This document shows positions 16,692-27,564 of a DNA stretch of 64,000 nt, piece by piece (position 1 is the stretch's first letter; every line of letters begins with the position of its first letter). A program made the position numbers and the translations under genes. Under the pieces are notes generated by a model. That model saw only the letters and a list, made by a program, of their open reading frames with translations. It searched no databases and was not told the origin of the DNA. Source of the stretch: Gemmatimonadales bacterium. Its GTDB lineage: Bacteria; Gemmatimonadota; Gemmatimonadetes; Gemmatimonadales; GWC2-71-9. Where the stretch lies: positions 7,572 through 71,571 of the forward strand of contig DASWIX010000079.1 in assembly GCA_036397455.1 (NCBI GenBank), read 5' to 3'.

Positions 16692-17476
16692 GACGTCATC
16701 ATCAGAGGTTGGGCAACGCGGGCGCCAAAACAACGCAACGCGTTGGCGGTCGTCAAAAGGGCGAACGCCTCGAGTGGCATTGCGCGGGCCTCAGCCAAGC
16801 GCTGTGCCACGACCCGGACGTACGCCGGCTCATTACGCGTGCCGCGGTGCGGCACCGGGGCAAGATAGGGCGCATCCGTTTCGAGTAGCAGGCGGTCGGC
16901 TGGGCACGCCAGGACCCGATCCATCAGGGTCCAATTCTTGAACGTCACCATACCGCTCCACCCGAAGTACGCCCCGACCTCCATACCGGCGTCGAACACC
17001 TCCGGTCCGGAACTGAACGAGTGCAACACAAGCGCCGGTACCTGCCGGCCCCAGGTGCGAACGACCGCCGCCATGTCGGCGTCGGCCTCCCGGGCATGGA
17101 TCACCACCGGCATCGCGCGGCCGGCCGCGATGGCCAGCTGGGCTTCGAACACTCGACGCTGGACTGGGCGAGGCGCATGGTCGTAATGATAGTCGAGTCC
17201 CGTCTCGCCAACCGCCACGACCACGGGGTCGTCGAGGGCCTCATCCAGGCGGGCGGCGGTCTCTTCGGTCCAGGACGAGGCTTCATGCGGATGGACGCCG
17301 GCGGTCGCCGAGACGCCGTAAGACTGCGCGAGGGCACGCGCACGGCCGGTGGAGGCGACCGAATCGGCAATGATGATGACGTGATGGACATCCGCGGAGC
17401 GCGCGCGTGCGAAGACGCCGTCACGGTCCGCGTCGAACGCGGGGTCCGCCAGATGGCAGTGCGTATCGATCAACAC
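16688..17476 (-). CDS. tatD: TatD-family hydrolase
   Basis: IDTHCHL, GVHPH, GETGLDY, ETDAPYL. Confidence 0.95.
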   Translation of the reverse strand: MLIDTHCHLADPAFDADRDGVFARARSADVHHVIIIADSVASTGRARALAQSYGVSATAGVHPHEASSWTEETAARLDEALDDPVVVAVGETGLDYHYDHAPRPVQRRVFEAQLAIAAGRAMPVVIHAREADADMAAVVRTWGRQVPALVLHSFSSGPEVFDAGMEVGAYFGWSGMVTFKNWTLMDRVLACPADRLLLETDAPYLAPVPHRGTRNEPAYVRVVAQRLAEARAMPLEAFALLTTANALRCFGARVAQPLMMTS

Positions 17477-17491
17477 GGCCGCGCCGGCCGC

Positions 17492-18457
17492 TCAGCCCGC
17501 CTCGGTCGTCCGCGGATCGGCCACGAGCGTTCGCGCACCGCGGACGTCCTCACCCGGCCACTTCTGTTCGATGTACAGCAAGACCGGCGACGCGATGTAG
17601 ATGGAAGAGAACGTCCCGACCACGATCCCGAACGTCATCACCCAGGCAAACCCCCGAATCACCTCGCCACCGAGAATGAGCAGGGCCAGCGTCGCCGCGA
17701 TCGTCGTGGCGCTCGTCATCGCGGTTCGCGGGAGCGTTTCGTTGATGCTCCGGTTCAGGATCTCATAGATGTTCTGGCGCTTGAACTTATGCAGGTTTTC
17801 CCGCACGCGATCGAACACGATGATGGTGTCGTTCAGCGAGTATCCCACGATCGTCAACACTGCCGCGACCACCACGAGGGTCAACTCGAGGTGCATGATC
17901 GCCAGGAACGCCACCGTCGCCACGATGTCATGCAGTGTGGCCAGAATCGCCGCCACACCGAACCGCCACTCGAAGCGGAACCACAGGTAGATCAGCGTGG
18001 CCCCGAACGACATGAGGATGGCGAGCAGCGCCTTGGTGCGCAGTTCGCTCCCGACCTTGGCCGAGACCGCTTCTCCACGGCTCATCTCGTAACTTCCCGC
18101 GCCGAATGCCTCGGTCAGGGCCTGCTCGACGGCCGCCGCCGTTTCCTGCGTCGTCAACGCGGCATTCTCTGCGCCGACGCGCGCCTTGATCAGAAAATCG
18201 CTGGGCGATCCGAACGTGGTGATTTCCGCGCCTGAAATGCCGGCGCCGCCCAGGGCCGAGCGGATCGACGCCGTGGTCATCGCCGCGGAGGAGGCCTCGA
18301 CCTGCACCAGAGTACCCCCGGTGAACTCGATGCTCTCCGGAATGCCACGAAGCGCGAAGAACGCCAGACCAATCAACATGAACGCGCCAACCACGGAGAG
18401 GGACCCTTTGCGTGCCCGCAGGAAGTCGAAGCGGGCGTTCTCGAATAGCCGCAGCAT
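17492..18457 (-). CDS. secF: Protein translocase subunit SecF
   Basis: IEFTGG, GYSLNDTIIVFDRVREN, GTFSSIYIA. Confidence 0.97.
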   Translation of the reverse strand: MLRLFENARFDFLRARKGSLSVVGAFMLIGLAFFALRGIPESIEFTGGTLVQVEASSAAMTTASIRSALGGAGISGAEITTFGSPSDFLIKARVGAENAALTTQETAAAVEQALTEAFGAGSYEMSRGEAVSAKVGSELRTKALLAILMSFGATLIYLWFRFEWRFGVAAILATLHDIVATVAFLAIMHLELTLVVVAAVLTIVGYSLNDTIIVFDRVRENLHKFKRQNIYEILNRSINETLPRTAMTSATTIAATLALLILGGEVIRGFAWVMTFGIVVGTFSSIYIASPVLLYIEQKWPGEDVRGARTLVADPRTTEAG

Positions 18458-20094
18458 CAGAGCGCGAACTCCTTCTCCAGCGAACGTCGTTGGAGCCAAA
18501 TCAGGAAGAAGGTGCGGGTCACGAAAACGGCCGTGATGAACGACGCCACGATGCCCGTGATTAGGGTCAAGGCGAACCCGCGTACGGGTCCGGTACCGAA
18601 TTGGAACAGAAAGAGCGCCGTCATCACGGTGGTGATGTTCGAGTCGATGATGGCCGGCATGGCGTGTTCGAACCCGGCATCCACCGCACCCCGCGGCGTC
18701 TTGTTTTGCGCCAGTTCCTCGCGGATGCGCTCGAAGATGAGGACGTTCGCGTCAACCGCCATGCCGACCGACAGCACGAAACCGGCCAACCCTGGTAGGG
18801 TCAACGTGAACTCGAACAACGCGAGCCCCCCGAACGTGAACAGGGCGTACATGCCCAGCGCTCCGACGGCCAGCAACCCGGCGAACCGATAGTAGCCGAC
18901 CACGATCAACACGACCAGGATGGCCCCGACCACGATGGCGCGGGTTCCCTGCGTAATCGAGTCATGGCCGAGGTTGGGCCCGACCGTGCGCTCCTCGACG
19001 ATGACGAGCGGAGCGGGCAGCGCCCCCGCCCGCAGGATGAGCGCCAGATCGCGCGCCTGCTGCAGGTTGGCGTTCCCCAATTCGATTTGGCCGCGCCGGT
19101 TGATCTGCTGCTGGATGACCGGTGGCGTTCCCTGCACTCGGCCGTCGAGAATGATCGCCATGTTGTCATTGACGTGTTGCCCGGTCTCGCGACCGAACCG
19201 GCGTCCGCCGGCGCGCGTCAGCTGGAATATCACGATGGCGCCCTGGGTCAACTGATCGATCGTCGCCGACGCATCGCTGAGCTGATCGCCCGTGATGATG
19301 GCGCGCCGGTCGACCGCGTACAGGGGTCGGTACGAGGTTGCGCCCTGCGAGCGGGCCTCGGCGCCCCAGAACAACTCGAGTCCGCGCGGTACCTCACGTT
19401 GAACGTCCGGCAGGTGAATCAAGCTGTCGACGAACAGGTAGCGCTCCTCCGGAACCAGGTATTCGCCTTCCACGCTCCCCTGGTAGAGCAACCCGCTCAG
19501 GACGCCGGGCGTGTTGAGGTCGAGGGAGTCAACCTGGGTGGAATCCTCGGCCGGTTGCGCCGTGTCCGCCTGCAACAATTGGCTGACGGCCGAGACGGCG
19601 CCAGCCGCCGCAGGCCCGGCTACCCCCGCACGCCGCAGCACCGCATCGATTCGCGGAATGGCGTCACGGAATTGCCCTTGCATGTCGGTAATGCGGAACT
19701 CGAGGAACGCCGAGCGCTGCACGACACTCTTCGCGCGTGCCGGGTCGGTCTCGCCGGCTAATTCCACCACGATGCGGTTGTCCCCTACCTGTTGCACCGA
19801 CGGTTCCGAGACGCCGAATTCGTTGATGCGCTGGCGGATGATCTCCAGGGCGCGCCCGAGCGCGTCCTCCGGGTCGGGGACCACCCCCTTGGACTGATCG
19901 ATTTCGAGCGCCAGCCGGATCCCCCCTTGCAGATCCAGTCCCCGTTTCAGCGGCGTGCGCCGCTCGACCGAGTCGCGCATCCGCCCGTCAGCTCCGAGCC
20001 GGCGAACCGAGACGTCGCGCGGCAACAATGACCAGACGGAGCCGGCCGCGAGCAGCGCGATGAGAATAAGCCGATTGCGAATTGAACTCAGCAT
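18457..20094 (-). CDS. secD: Protein translocase subunit SecD
   Basis: GLDLQGG, LRAGALP, GMAVDANVLIFERIREE. Confidence 0.97.
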   Translation of the reverse strand: MLSSIRNRLILIALLAAGSVWSLLPRDVSVRRLGADGRMRDSVERRTPLKRGLDLQGGIRLALEIDQSKGVVPDPEDALGRALEIIRQRINEFGVSEPSVQQVGDNRIVVELAGETDPARAKSVVQRSAFLEFRITDMQGQFRDAIPRIDAVLRRAGVAGPAAAGAVSAVSQLLQADTAQPAEDSTQVDSLDLNTPGVLSGLLYQGSVEGEYLVPEERYLFVDSLIHLPDVQREVPRGLELFWGAEARSQGATSYRPLYAVDRRAIITGDQLSDASATIDQLTQGAIVIFQLTRAGGRRFGRETGQHVNDNMAIILDGRVQGTPPVIQQQINRRGQIELGNANLQQARDLALILRAGALPAPLVIVEERTVGPNLGHDSITQGTRAIVVGAILVVLIVVGYYRFAGLLAVGALGMYALFTFGGLALFEFTLTLPGLAGFVLSVGMAVDANVLIFERIREELAQNKTPRGAVDAGFEHAMPAIIDSNITTVMTALFLFQFGTGPVRGFALTLITGIVASFITAVFVTRTFFLIWLQRRSLEKEFAL

Positions 20095-20122
20095 GACTGC
20101 ACTCGAAAAAAGTCCGACAAAC

Positions 20123-21031
20123 TTAACCTGTCACGCCGCCCGGTGGCACCGCCCCCAGGATCCGGCGCGCATGACGAACATCCTCATCCAGCTGCTGTTT
20201 GAGCGCCTCGACCGTCGGAAACGCCGCGACGTCGCGAAGGCGGCCGATCCACGACAGTTTGACGTCCCGCCCATACAGCTCCGGCCTGGCATCGAACAAA
20301 TGGGCCTCGAGCGAGCGCCGCTGCTCGCCGAACGTCGGTCGCGGGCCAAGGTGCATCATGGCCCCGGAGGCGCCGTCCGCCCATTCGACCTGCACCGCGT
20401 ATACCCCGTCGGGCGGCAGGAGCTTCCTCGGATCGGGTTCGGCGATATTAATCGTCCGGTACCCGATGTCTCGGCCGCGCCCCGCCCCACGGATCACCGT
20501 CCCGGTCATGGAGTAGTGCCGGCCCAGGTGGCGCGCCGCGGTGACCAGATCTCCCCCGGCCACCGCCCGGCGGATGAGGGTCGACGAGACTTCCCGGCCG
20601 TCGATCGTCTCCGGCGGCACGACGGTCACGCCGAATCCCAGGTTGGCGCCGAGCGCCTGCAGGCTCTCGGCATCCCCGGTCCGCAACCGCCCAAATCCGT
20701 GATCGTGACCGATCACGAGCTGGCGCATGCCGAAGCGCTCGAGCAGGAGTTGTACGAATGCCTCCGGCGTGAACTGGGACAGCTCGCGCGTGAACGGCAC
20801 GAACGCCACGACGTCGACCTCCGTTTGCGCGAAGAACTCGCGGCGTTCGTGGTCGAGTGTGAGGAGCGGCGGTGCGGCCGGCGGGTTGACCACCTCGAGG
20901 GGGTGAGGCACGAATGTGAACAGCAGGCTCTTCCATCCGGCCCGCATCGCGTGGGCACACGTCTCGCGCAGGACGGCCCGATGCCCTCGGTGAATGCCAT
21001 CGAAGCTGCCCACCGTCAGCACCGTCTGCAT
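20123..21031 (-). CDS. ribF: Bifunctional riboflavin kinase / FAD synthetase
   Basis: GSFDGIHRGH, VSSTLIR, GPRPTF, LEAHLFD. Confidence 0.96.
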   Translation of the reverse strand: MQTVLTVGSFDGIHRGHRAVLRETCAHAMRAGWKSLLFTFVPHPLEVVNPPAAPPLLTLDHERREFFAQTEVDVVAFVPFTRELSQFTPEAFVQLLLERFGMRQLVIGHDHGFGRLRTGDAESLQALGANLGFGVTVVPPETIDGREVSSTLIRRAVAGGDLVTAARHLGRHYSMTGTVIRGAGRGRDIGYRTINIAEPDPRKLLPPDGVYAVQVEWADGASGAMMHLGPRPTFGEQRRSLEAHLFDARPELYGRDVKLSWIGRLRDVAAFPTVEALKQQLDEDVRHARRILGAVPPGGVTG

Positions 21032-21888
21032 CAGAGGGGCTCCAGCACGACACGCGGCTTGAGACGGCCGGCGTGCGGTGTCGCGACGGCGATCAGGGCT
21101 CCATCATGGAGCAACGCCACCGCCGTGCCGTCGCACGCGCCGTCGATCGGGCGACCGTGCCCGACCGCGTGGCGTTCCTCCGCCGTGATCACGCGGTGCG
21201 CCAGATGGCTCACCGCGGCGAGGACGTCCGCGATCACGACCGCGCCGCGTTGGAGGTCGGCGAACGCGCAAGCGTGGTCAATCGACCACGGCCCCACCGC
21301 AACCCGGCGAAGTGCGCGCAGATGCGCGCCGCAACCGAGCGCCGCCCCCAGGTCGCGCGCTAGCGCCCGAATGTAGGTCCCCCCGCCGACTTGGGCCTCG
21401 AACTCCACGTCGCGTCCATCGCGCGCGAGCACGGCGAAGCGAAACACCTCGACAGTAACCGGACGGAGGACCACGGCTTCACCCCTCCGCGCCCGCCGGT
21501 AGGCCGGCTTCCCGCCCACCTTCTTGGCGGAAAACGCGGGCGGCAGCTGCGTTAAGCAGCCGGTCAACCGGTCCATCGCCTCACCCAACCGATCGTCGGA
21601 AATGGCGTCGGCCTGCGACGACGCGAGCATCGGCTCCCCGGTCCGATCGTCGGTCGTCGTCGCTTCGCCGAGTCGGAGCGTGCCGACATAGCGTTTCGTG
21701 AGGCCGGACAAGTATGGCATGAGACGGGTGGCCCGCCCAATCAACAGGGGCAGCAGCCCGGTCGCGAACGGATCGAGCGTGCCGGCATGGCCTACGCGAC
21801 GCGTCCCCAGTCCGCGGCGCGCCACGGCGACCACATCGTGCGACGTCGGGCCGGCCGGTTTGTCGACCAGCAGGAACCCGTCACTCAG
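21031..21888 (-). CDS. truB: tRNA pseudouridine-55 synthase (apparent CTG start)
   Basis: DKPAGPTSHDVV, GHAGTLDPFATG, GTYIRALARDLG. Confidence 0.95.
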   Translation of the reverse strand: MSDGFLLVDKPAGPTSHDVVAVARRGLGTRRVGHAGTLDPFATGLLPLLIGRATRLMPYLSGLTKRYVGTLRLGEATTTDDRTGEPMLASSQADAISDDRLGEAMDRLTGCLTQLPPAFSAKKVGGKPAYRRARRGEAVVLRPVTVEVFRFAVLARDGRDVEFEAQVGGGTYIRALARDLGAALGCGAHLRALRRVAVGPWSIDHACAFADLQRGAVVIADVLAAVSHLAHRVITAEERHAVGHGRPIDGACDGTAVALLHDGALIAVATPHAGRLKPRVVLEPL

Positions 21889-22250
21889 GTGTCCGGCCCG
21901 TCGTGTTTGATCTGGTGGATAATCTGGTCGATGCGCTGGGCGTGTTCGACGCCGCGGTCCAGCCGGAAGGTCAGATCGGGCACGACGCGTAACGTCAGCA
22001 CGCTGGCCAGATGACTGCGGAGAAACCCCTTGGCGCTGTCCAGTCCTTCCAGGGCGCGTTGTTTGTCCTCCTCGGCACCGAGCACCGACACCAGCACGGT
22101 GGCATGACTGCCGTCGGGAGTCACCGTGACATCGGTGAGGGTCACGAACCCGACCCGCGGATCCTTGACCAGTGTGGCGATGGCCCGCGCCAGGGTTTCC
22201 CGCACGAGCGCCGCGAGGCGTTCGGGACGGTGACGGCTTTTCTGTCTCAT
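21885..22250 (-). CDS. rbfA: Ribosome-binding factor A
   Basis: VKDPRVGFVTLTDV, RVVPDLTF; position in the infB operon. Confidence 0.95.
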   Translation of the reverse strand: MRQKSRHRPERLAALVRETLARAIATLVKDPRVGFVTLTDVTVTPDGSHATVLVSVLGAEEDKQRALEGLDSAKGFLRSHLASVLTLRVVPDLTFRLDRGVEHAQRIDQIIHQIKHDGPDT

Positions 22251-22528
22251 AGGAAACTCGTGACGGAGTCGATAATGCGCGCAAGGTCGTGGCCCTCGAC
22301 GAGCCGATCGGCCGAGGCCAGCACCCGTTCGGCCTGGATCCGGTCCGCCGCCACCACGCACGCCGACAATTCGGCTCGTTGCCATCGCTCGTGGCTCGCG
22401 GTCTCGGCCACCGACACGTTGAATCGTTGATGCAGTCGATCCTTGAGACTCTTGAGAATGCGGCGTTTGTCCTTGAGGGATGCACAACCGTTCAGATGCA
22501 ACTCCCACGTTCGCAATCCGACCACCAC
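22247..22528 (-). CDS. DUF503 (YlxP-like) protein
   Basis: SLKDKRRILKSLKDRL…FNVSVAE; between infB and rbfA. Confidence 0.9.
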   Translation of the reverse strand: MVVGLRTWELHLNGCASLKDKRRILKSLKDRLHQRFNVSVAETASHERWQRAELSACVVAADRIQAERVLASADRLVEGHDLARIIDSVTSFL

Positions 22529-22568
22529 GTTCGGCGCTCCCGATCACGCGTGCGCGCGCGCGCTCACC

Positions 22569-25274
22569 TCACGCGCCAGCGTCACTCGACTCCAGGGACC
22601 GCGCGACGTGCTCGATCAAGTACGACTCCAGCACATCGCCGACCTTGATGTCATTGAAGTTCTCGACGCCCATGCCGCATTCAAGCCCATCCTTGACTTC
22701 ACGCACATCGTCCTTGAATCGCTTGAGGCTGGCGAGCTGGCCGTGATAGACCTCGACGGCGTCACGCACGACCCGGATCTTGGCGGTGCGCTTGATGACA
22801 CCGCTGCGCACGTAACACCCGGCAACGACGCCGACCCCCGAAATCTTGAATGTCTGTCGCACCTCGGCTTCGCCGAGCACCGTCTCCCGTTCTTCCGGCG
22901 CGAGCATGCCTTCGAGCGCCAAGCGTATTTCCTCGACGGCCTCGTAGATCACGCGATACGTCCGGATATCGACGTGCTCCCGTTCCGCTGCTGACCGCGC
23001 GTTGGCGTCCGGCCGCACGAGGAACCCGACGATGATCGCGCGGGACGCTTTGGCCAGGTCGACGTCGCTCTCGGTAATCGCCCCGACGCCGCGGTGAATC
23101 ACCTGCACGGCGACTTCGTCGGTGGAGAGATGCGCGAAGGCGTCCGCCAACGCTTCAGCCGGCCCCCCCTGATCGGCTTTGATGATGATCTTCAGCGCCT
23201 GCACCGCGCCCTCGCCGATCTGCCGTGACAGGTCTTCCAGGGAGAGACCGCGCGAACTGCGGCGGTGTTGGGCTTCCCGATCGAGCCGCTGGCGCTTCTG
23301 GGCGATCTCGCGGGCGTGGGCGGCGTCGGTGACCACCATGAAGTGGTCACCAGCCTGCGGCACCCCGTCAAAGCCGAGCACCTGCACCGGCACGGAGGGA
23401 CCGACCTTGGTCACACGCTTGCCGCGCTCATCGAGCATGGCGCGTACCCGACCCGACAGATTCCCGCAAATGAAGTCCTGGCCGACTTCGAGGGTCCCAT
23501 GCTGGATGAGGATGGTCGCCACGGCGCCCTTGCCGGGATCGAGCGTGCTCTCGATCACCGTCCCCTGGGCCTCTCGGTTCGGGTTGGCGCGTTTGTCGAG
23601 GATCTCGGCCTGGAGCAGCAGCTTCTCGAGCAGATCGTCGACGTTCTTGCCGGTCTTGGCGGAGATCGCCGCTGCGAGCGTTTCGCCCCCGAATTCCTCG
23701 AGGACTACGCCGTGTTGGAGCAGTTCCTGCTTGACCTTGTCGACGTTAGCCGACGGAAGATCGATCTTGTTGATCGCGACCAAGAGCGGCACGCCGGCGT
23801 TCTTGGCGTGACTGATCGCCTCGATCGTCTGCGGCATCACTTGATCATCGGCCGCGACCACCAGCACGACGAGATCCGTGACCTGTGCGCCGCGGGCGCG
23901 CATGGCGGTGAACGCTTCATGGCCAGGCGTGTCGAGGAAGGTGATCCCCTTCCCGTCGCCGACCTCGACGTAATACGCGCCGATGTGCTGCGTGATGCCA
24001 CCGGACTCGCCGGCGATCACATTGGTCTTCCGAATGTGGTCGAGGAGCGAGGTCTTCCCGTGATCGACATGGCCCATGACCGTCACGACCGGCGGGCGCG
24101 GCACCAGATCGGCAGGCTGGTCCACCGCCGTATCACCAAGCGCTTCGGTGGGTGCGTACTCCTCTTCCTGAACCGCCTGAAAATCAAACGCGCCGGCAAT
24201 CAATTCGATCTGATCGAAATCGAGTCGCTGATTCACCGTCACCATCATGCCGAGTTCCTTGAAGCAGAACGAGACGATATCCGTCCGGCTCACGCTGAGG
24301 ATATCCGACAACTCGGATACGGTGATGAACTCGTTGACCCGGACGAGCGTCTTTTCGCGCTCGCGTTCCTCCTGGCGGCGTTGTTCCTCCCGGACGCGGA
24401 AGCTCGGTTCTTCGTCGCGTCGCCGAGCTTTGCGGCCGGGACCGCCCTTGAGGGAAGCCATGGTGCGGCTGATGTTGGCCTGGACCGCTTCCTTGTCGAC
24501 CTGCGAGCGCTTGGCCTTGCGGCGCTTCTTCCCCTTCTCGCGGCGTCGCTCCTCGGTGGCCTCACCGGGCGCGGCCGACGCCACCGGCCGTGGGGTGGCA
24601 GAAGCGACCGGTTTGATCCGTGGGGTGCCGGCGGCCGGACGAGGGATCCGTAGCGGTTTGGGCGTGTCGGGACGGGCCGCTTCCGGCCGGGGTAGGGGCT
24701 CGGGCGGCGCGGTGTCGGCCGGCGCGTCGGTCTCCGCGACCGCCGCCGCCGCCCGCTCCACGACGTCCTCCGGCGCGTCCTCGACTGGAGCCGGAGCCTC
24801 GGGCTTGCGGGCAGGGCGCGCGGGGGTTGCCAGATCGGGGAACAACGCCGCGGCGCGCTCTTCGAGCGACGGCGCTGGTGCGGACTCAGCCTCTTCCTCG
24901 GCGGCCTGGGCCGCGGTGGCGGCGGCCCGTTCCTCATCCTTCGCAAGTTCTTCGGCCTCGGCAGCTTCCTTCGCCGCAACCTCGGCCGCCGTGCGACGAC
25001 GGCGGCGCGGCCGCGCGGGCTCGGCCGGCTCACGGGGCGCCTCTTGCTTGACGGCCTTGGCGGCACGGCGCCGTGCCTTCTTCTTCGGTGCATCCGACGC
25101 CTTGCGCCGCTTATCGCGCTCCCAGCGCGCCCGCACCATGGCGACTTGATCGGGGTCGAGCGACGAGAGATGACTGCGTACCTGCACACCCAAATCGCCA
25201 AGCAACCCAACCAGTTGCTCGCTCGTGATATCGAACTCGGCCGCGAGGTCGTGCACCCGCGTCTTAGTCGCCAC
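22569..25274 (-). CDS. infB: Translation initiation factor IF-2
   Basis: [36 protein letters not shown]. Confidence 0.99.
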   Translation of the reverse strand: MATKTRVHDLAAEFDITSEQLVGLLGDLGVQVRSHLSSLDPDQVAMVRARWERDKRRKASDAPKKKARRRAAKAVKQEAPREPAEPARPRRRRRTAAEVAAKEAAEAEELAKDEERAAATAAQAAEEEAESAPAPSLEERAAALFPDLATPARPARKPEAPAPVEDAPEDVVERAAAAVAETDAPADTAPPEPLPRPEAARPDTPKPLRIPRPAAGTPRIKPVASATPRPVASAAPGEATEERRREKGKKRRKAKRSQVDKEAVQANISRTMASLKGGPGRKARRRDEEPSFRVREEQRRQEEREREKTLVRVNEFITVSELSDILSVSRTDIVSFCFKELGMMVTVNQRLDFDQIELIAGAFDFQAVQEEEYAPTEALGDTAVDQPADLVPRPPVVTVMGHVDHGKTSLLDHIRKTNVIAGESGGITQHIGAYYVEVGDGKGITFLDTPGHEAFTAMRARGAQVTDLVVLVVAADDQVMPQTIEAISHAKNAGVPLLVAINKIDLPSANVDKVKQELLQHGVVLEEFGGETLAAAISAKTGKNVDDLLEKLLLQAEILDKRANPNREAQGTVIESTLDPGKGAVATILIQHGTLEVGQDFICGNLSGRVRAMLDERGKRVTKVGPSVPVQVLGFDGVPQAGDHFMVVTDAAHAREIAQKRQRLDREAQHRRSSRGLSLEDLSRQIGEGAVQALKIIIKADQGGPAEALADAFAHLSTDEVAVQVIHRGVGAITESDVDLAKASRAIIVGFLVRPDANARSAAEREHVDIRTYRVIYEAVEEIRLALEGMLAPEERETVLGEAEVRQTFKISGVGVVAGCYVRSGVIKRTAKIRVVRDAVEVYHGQLASLKRFKDDVREVKDGLECGMGVENFNDIKVGDVLESYLIEHVARSLESSDAGA

Positions 25275-25596
25275 TCAAACCTCCTACGGTACGCCTGCCC
25301 AGCTTCGTCAAGAGTCCTTCAGCCAACCGGCGGTCCGTGACACCAACCGCCTGTACGGCTCCGCGTCCGAGGCGCCGTCCCAGTTCCGCCGCCGTGGGCC
25401 CTTCAACGACCGGGATACCCTTGGCCGAGGCCAACCGAACGACCTTGTCGGCGGTGCGGTCGCTCAGATCACACGCCACAACGACCGCCCGCACCCGATT
25501 GCGCTGCAATTCGGCCCGCACGCTGCCCGTGCCAATCAGGATGGTTCCCGCCTTGGCCCCGAGCCCAAGCAGCCCGAGCGCCGCGTCCGACATCAT
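25264..25596 (-). CDS. L7Ae/YlxQ-family RNA-binding protein
   Basis: LGLLGLGAKAG…ELGRRLGR…VGVTD; between nusA and infB. Confidence 0.85.
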   Translation of the reverse strand: MMSDAALGLLGLGAKAGTILIGTGSVRAELQRNRVRAVVVACDLSDRTADKVVRLASAKGIPVVEGPTAAELGRRLGRGAVQAVGVTDRRLAEGLLTKLGRRTVGGLSGD

Positions 25597-26981
25597 GCAG
25601 GCGGCGGTTCCTCGACCGGCGCCTCGTGCTCCGGCGTCGGTTCGCCAGCATCCCCGTCAGCATCGGCGGGTGCCGGGACCGCTTCCGCCGGTTCTTCCGT
25701 GAGTTCCGCGATGAACGCCTGCAACGTCGCCACATGCATTTCGCCCAGACCCGGGATTGCGGTCAACTCCTCGGGTTCGATGTCGAGCACCTCGCTCAGC
25801 CGCACGATGCCCTGTGACTCGAGGATGGCGACCATGTCGGCGGGCAGTCCCTTCAGTTCCTTCAGATCAACGTCGACACCCGCTTCCTCCTCCGCCGGCA
25901 ACGGCGCGAACAGCGGTCCTTCCCCACCCCGCTCCAACCACTCACGGCTCGAATAGAGGTCGATCTTCCAGCCGGTGAGTTCGGACGCCAACCGTACGTT
26001 CTGTCCGTTCCGACCGATCGCGAGCGAGAGCTGATCTTCGTCGACGATCGCCTGGATGGTCTTGGTGTCCGGATCAGAAAACACGCGTGCCACGCGGGCC
26101 GGTGCGAGCGCGAGCTTCGCGAACCGTTCCGGGTCGGGCGACCAGGGAACGATATCGATCCGTTCGCCCCCAAGTTCGTTCACGACCGATTGCACGCGAC
26201 TGCCTTTCAGTCCCACACACGCCCCCACCGGATCGATCGCGTCGTCGCGGCTGATCACGGCCACCTTGGTGCGACTGCCCACCTCGCGCGCCGCCGCGCG
26301 GATCGACACGATGCCCTGCTGTACCTCCGGCACCTCGAGTTCGAACAACGCCTCCACGAACGCCGGATCGGCACGCGACAGGACGAGACGCGGCCCTTTC
26401 GGGGTCTCCTCCAACCGCTTCAGGACGGCACGGATCGTGTCCCCCTGGTGGAAATGTTCGCGATGATTCTGCTCGCGATACGGGATGATCGCCTCGGCCT
26501 CGCGGAACTTCGCGACCATGATCACGAGCTTGCCGCGCTCGATCTGTTGGATCTCGCCGGACAGCAACTCGCCGACCTTGTCCGCGAACTCCTCCCGAAT
26601 GCGTGTCCGTTCCCCCTCGCGCACGCGCTGGATGATCCGCTGCTTGGCCGCCTGGACCGCGATCCGTCCGAATTCGGCGAAGGGGACCTCATCTTCCAGC
26701 ACGTCGCCGAGCGCGAACTCGTCGTCTTCCCACTTGGCGTCCTCGAGCGATACCTGACAGGCGGGATCCTCGACCTCGGCCACCACGCTCCGCAGCACGA
26801 CGACCCGGATATGACCCTTCATTTCGTCGATCTCGATCTCGGATCGCACGGTCGGGCCGTACTTCTTCACCAGGGCGGCGCTGATGCCGTCCTTGAGCAA
26901 ATCGAGCAGGCTCTCCCGATCCAGTTGCTTGACGTTAGCCAACTCTCGGATCGCCGCCAGAACCTCGGCGGATGTCGCCAT
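25593..26981 (-). CDS. nusA: Transcription termination/antitermination factor NusA
   Basis: FGRIAVQAAKQ, DPVGACVG, LSLAIGRNGQNVRLA. Confidence 0.98.
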   Translation of the reverse strand: MATSAEVLAAIRELANVKQLDRESLLDLLKDGISAALVKKYGPTVRSEIEIDEMKGHIRVVVLRSVVAEVEDPACQVSLEDAKWEDDEFALGDVLEDEVPFAEFGRIAVQAAKQRIIQRVREGERTRIREEFADKVGELLSGEIQQIERGKLVIMVAKFREAEAIIPYREQNHREHFHQGDTIRAVLKRLEETPKGPRLVLSRADPAFVEALFELEVPEVQQGIVSIRAAAREVGSRTKVAVISRDDAIDPVGACVGLKGSRVQSVVNELGGERIDIVPWSPDPERFAKLALAPARVARVFSDPDTKTIQAIVDEDQLSLAIGRNGQNVRLASELTGWKIDLYSSREWLERGGEGPLFAPLPAEEEAGVDVDLKELKGLPADMVAILESQGIVRLSEVLDIEPEELTAIPGLGEMHVATLQAFIAELTEEPAEAVPAPADADGDAGEPTPEHEAPVEEPPPA

Positions 26982-26990
26982 TGCCTCTCC

Positions 26991-27482
26991 TTACTTGAAG
27001 TGCAGTCCCAGAGCGGCCCAATCGACCGCCAGCGTTGCCTTGCCTGCGTCGGCAAGGGCGACCACGATCTCCTCACGATCCTGCGTCCGCAGCGTCACCG
27101 TTTCTGCCGCCCGGTCGACCCGCACGATGGTCGCCAGCGTCCGACCGCGGACCGGCAGTGTCACGTTCACCGCGCGACCGGTGAACCGCTCCCAATGTTC
27201 GGGCCAGCGCACGGGTCGTTCGAGGCCGGGCGACGACACTTCGAGGACGTACCGCTGTCCCAACTGCCCACCGACGTCCAGCCACGATTCGAGCGCCCGC
27301 GACACCACCGCGCATTCCTCGATCGTGATGCCGCGCCCGGGCTGAGCATCCAGCCGGTCGACCCGGATCTGCAGTCGAGGCCGTAGCGTGGCCCCGGCGA
27401 GCCGTACATCGACGAGTTCGAACCCCAGCGCGTCGACGCGGGCGCGTATTTCGGCGGTCAGGTCTGTCTGGGCGGCCGACAT
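26991..27482 (-). CDS. rimP: Ribosome maturation factor RimP
   Basis: ITIEECAVVSR, YVLEVSSPGLERP. Confidence 0.96.
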   Translation of the reverse strand: MSAAQTDLTAEIRARVDALGFELVDVRLAGATLRPRLQIRVDRLDAQPGRGITIEECAVVSRALESWLDVGGQLGQRYVLEVSSPGLERPVRWPEHWERFTGRAVNVTLPVRGRTLATIVRVDRAAETVTLRTQDREEIVVALADAGKATLAVDWAALGLHFK

Positions 27483-27496
27483 CGGAGCAAACCAAT

Positions 27497-27564
27497 AAAA
27501 AAAATCGCGGGCCTGCTGCGCCCGCTTCAGTCCCCAATATACGGGAGGCTCAGGAGGGGGTCAA
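27497..27564 (-). promoter_or_regulatory. Promoter plus rimP-leader attenuator (intrinsic terminator in the 5' UTR)
   Basis: TTGACC (27564-27559)-N17-TATATT (27541-27536), then a GCGGGC…GCCCGC hairpin and a T8 run before the rimP ATG. Confidence 0.8.
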
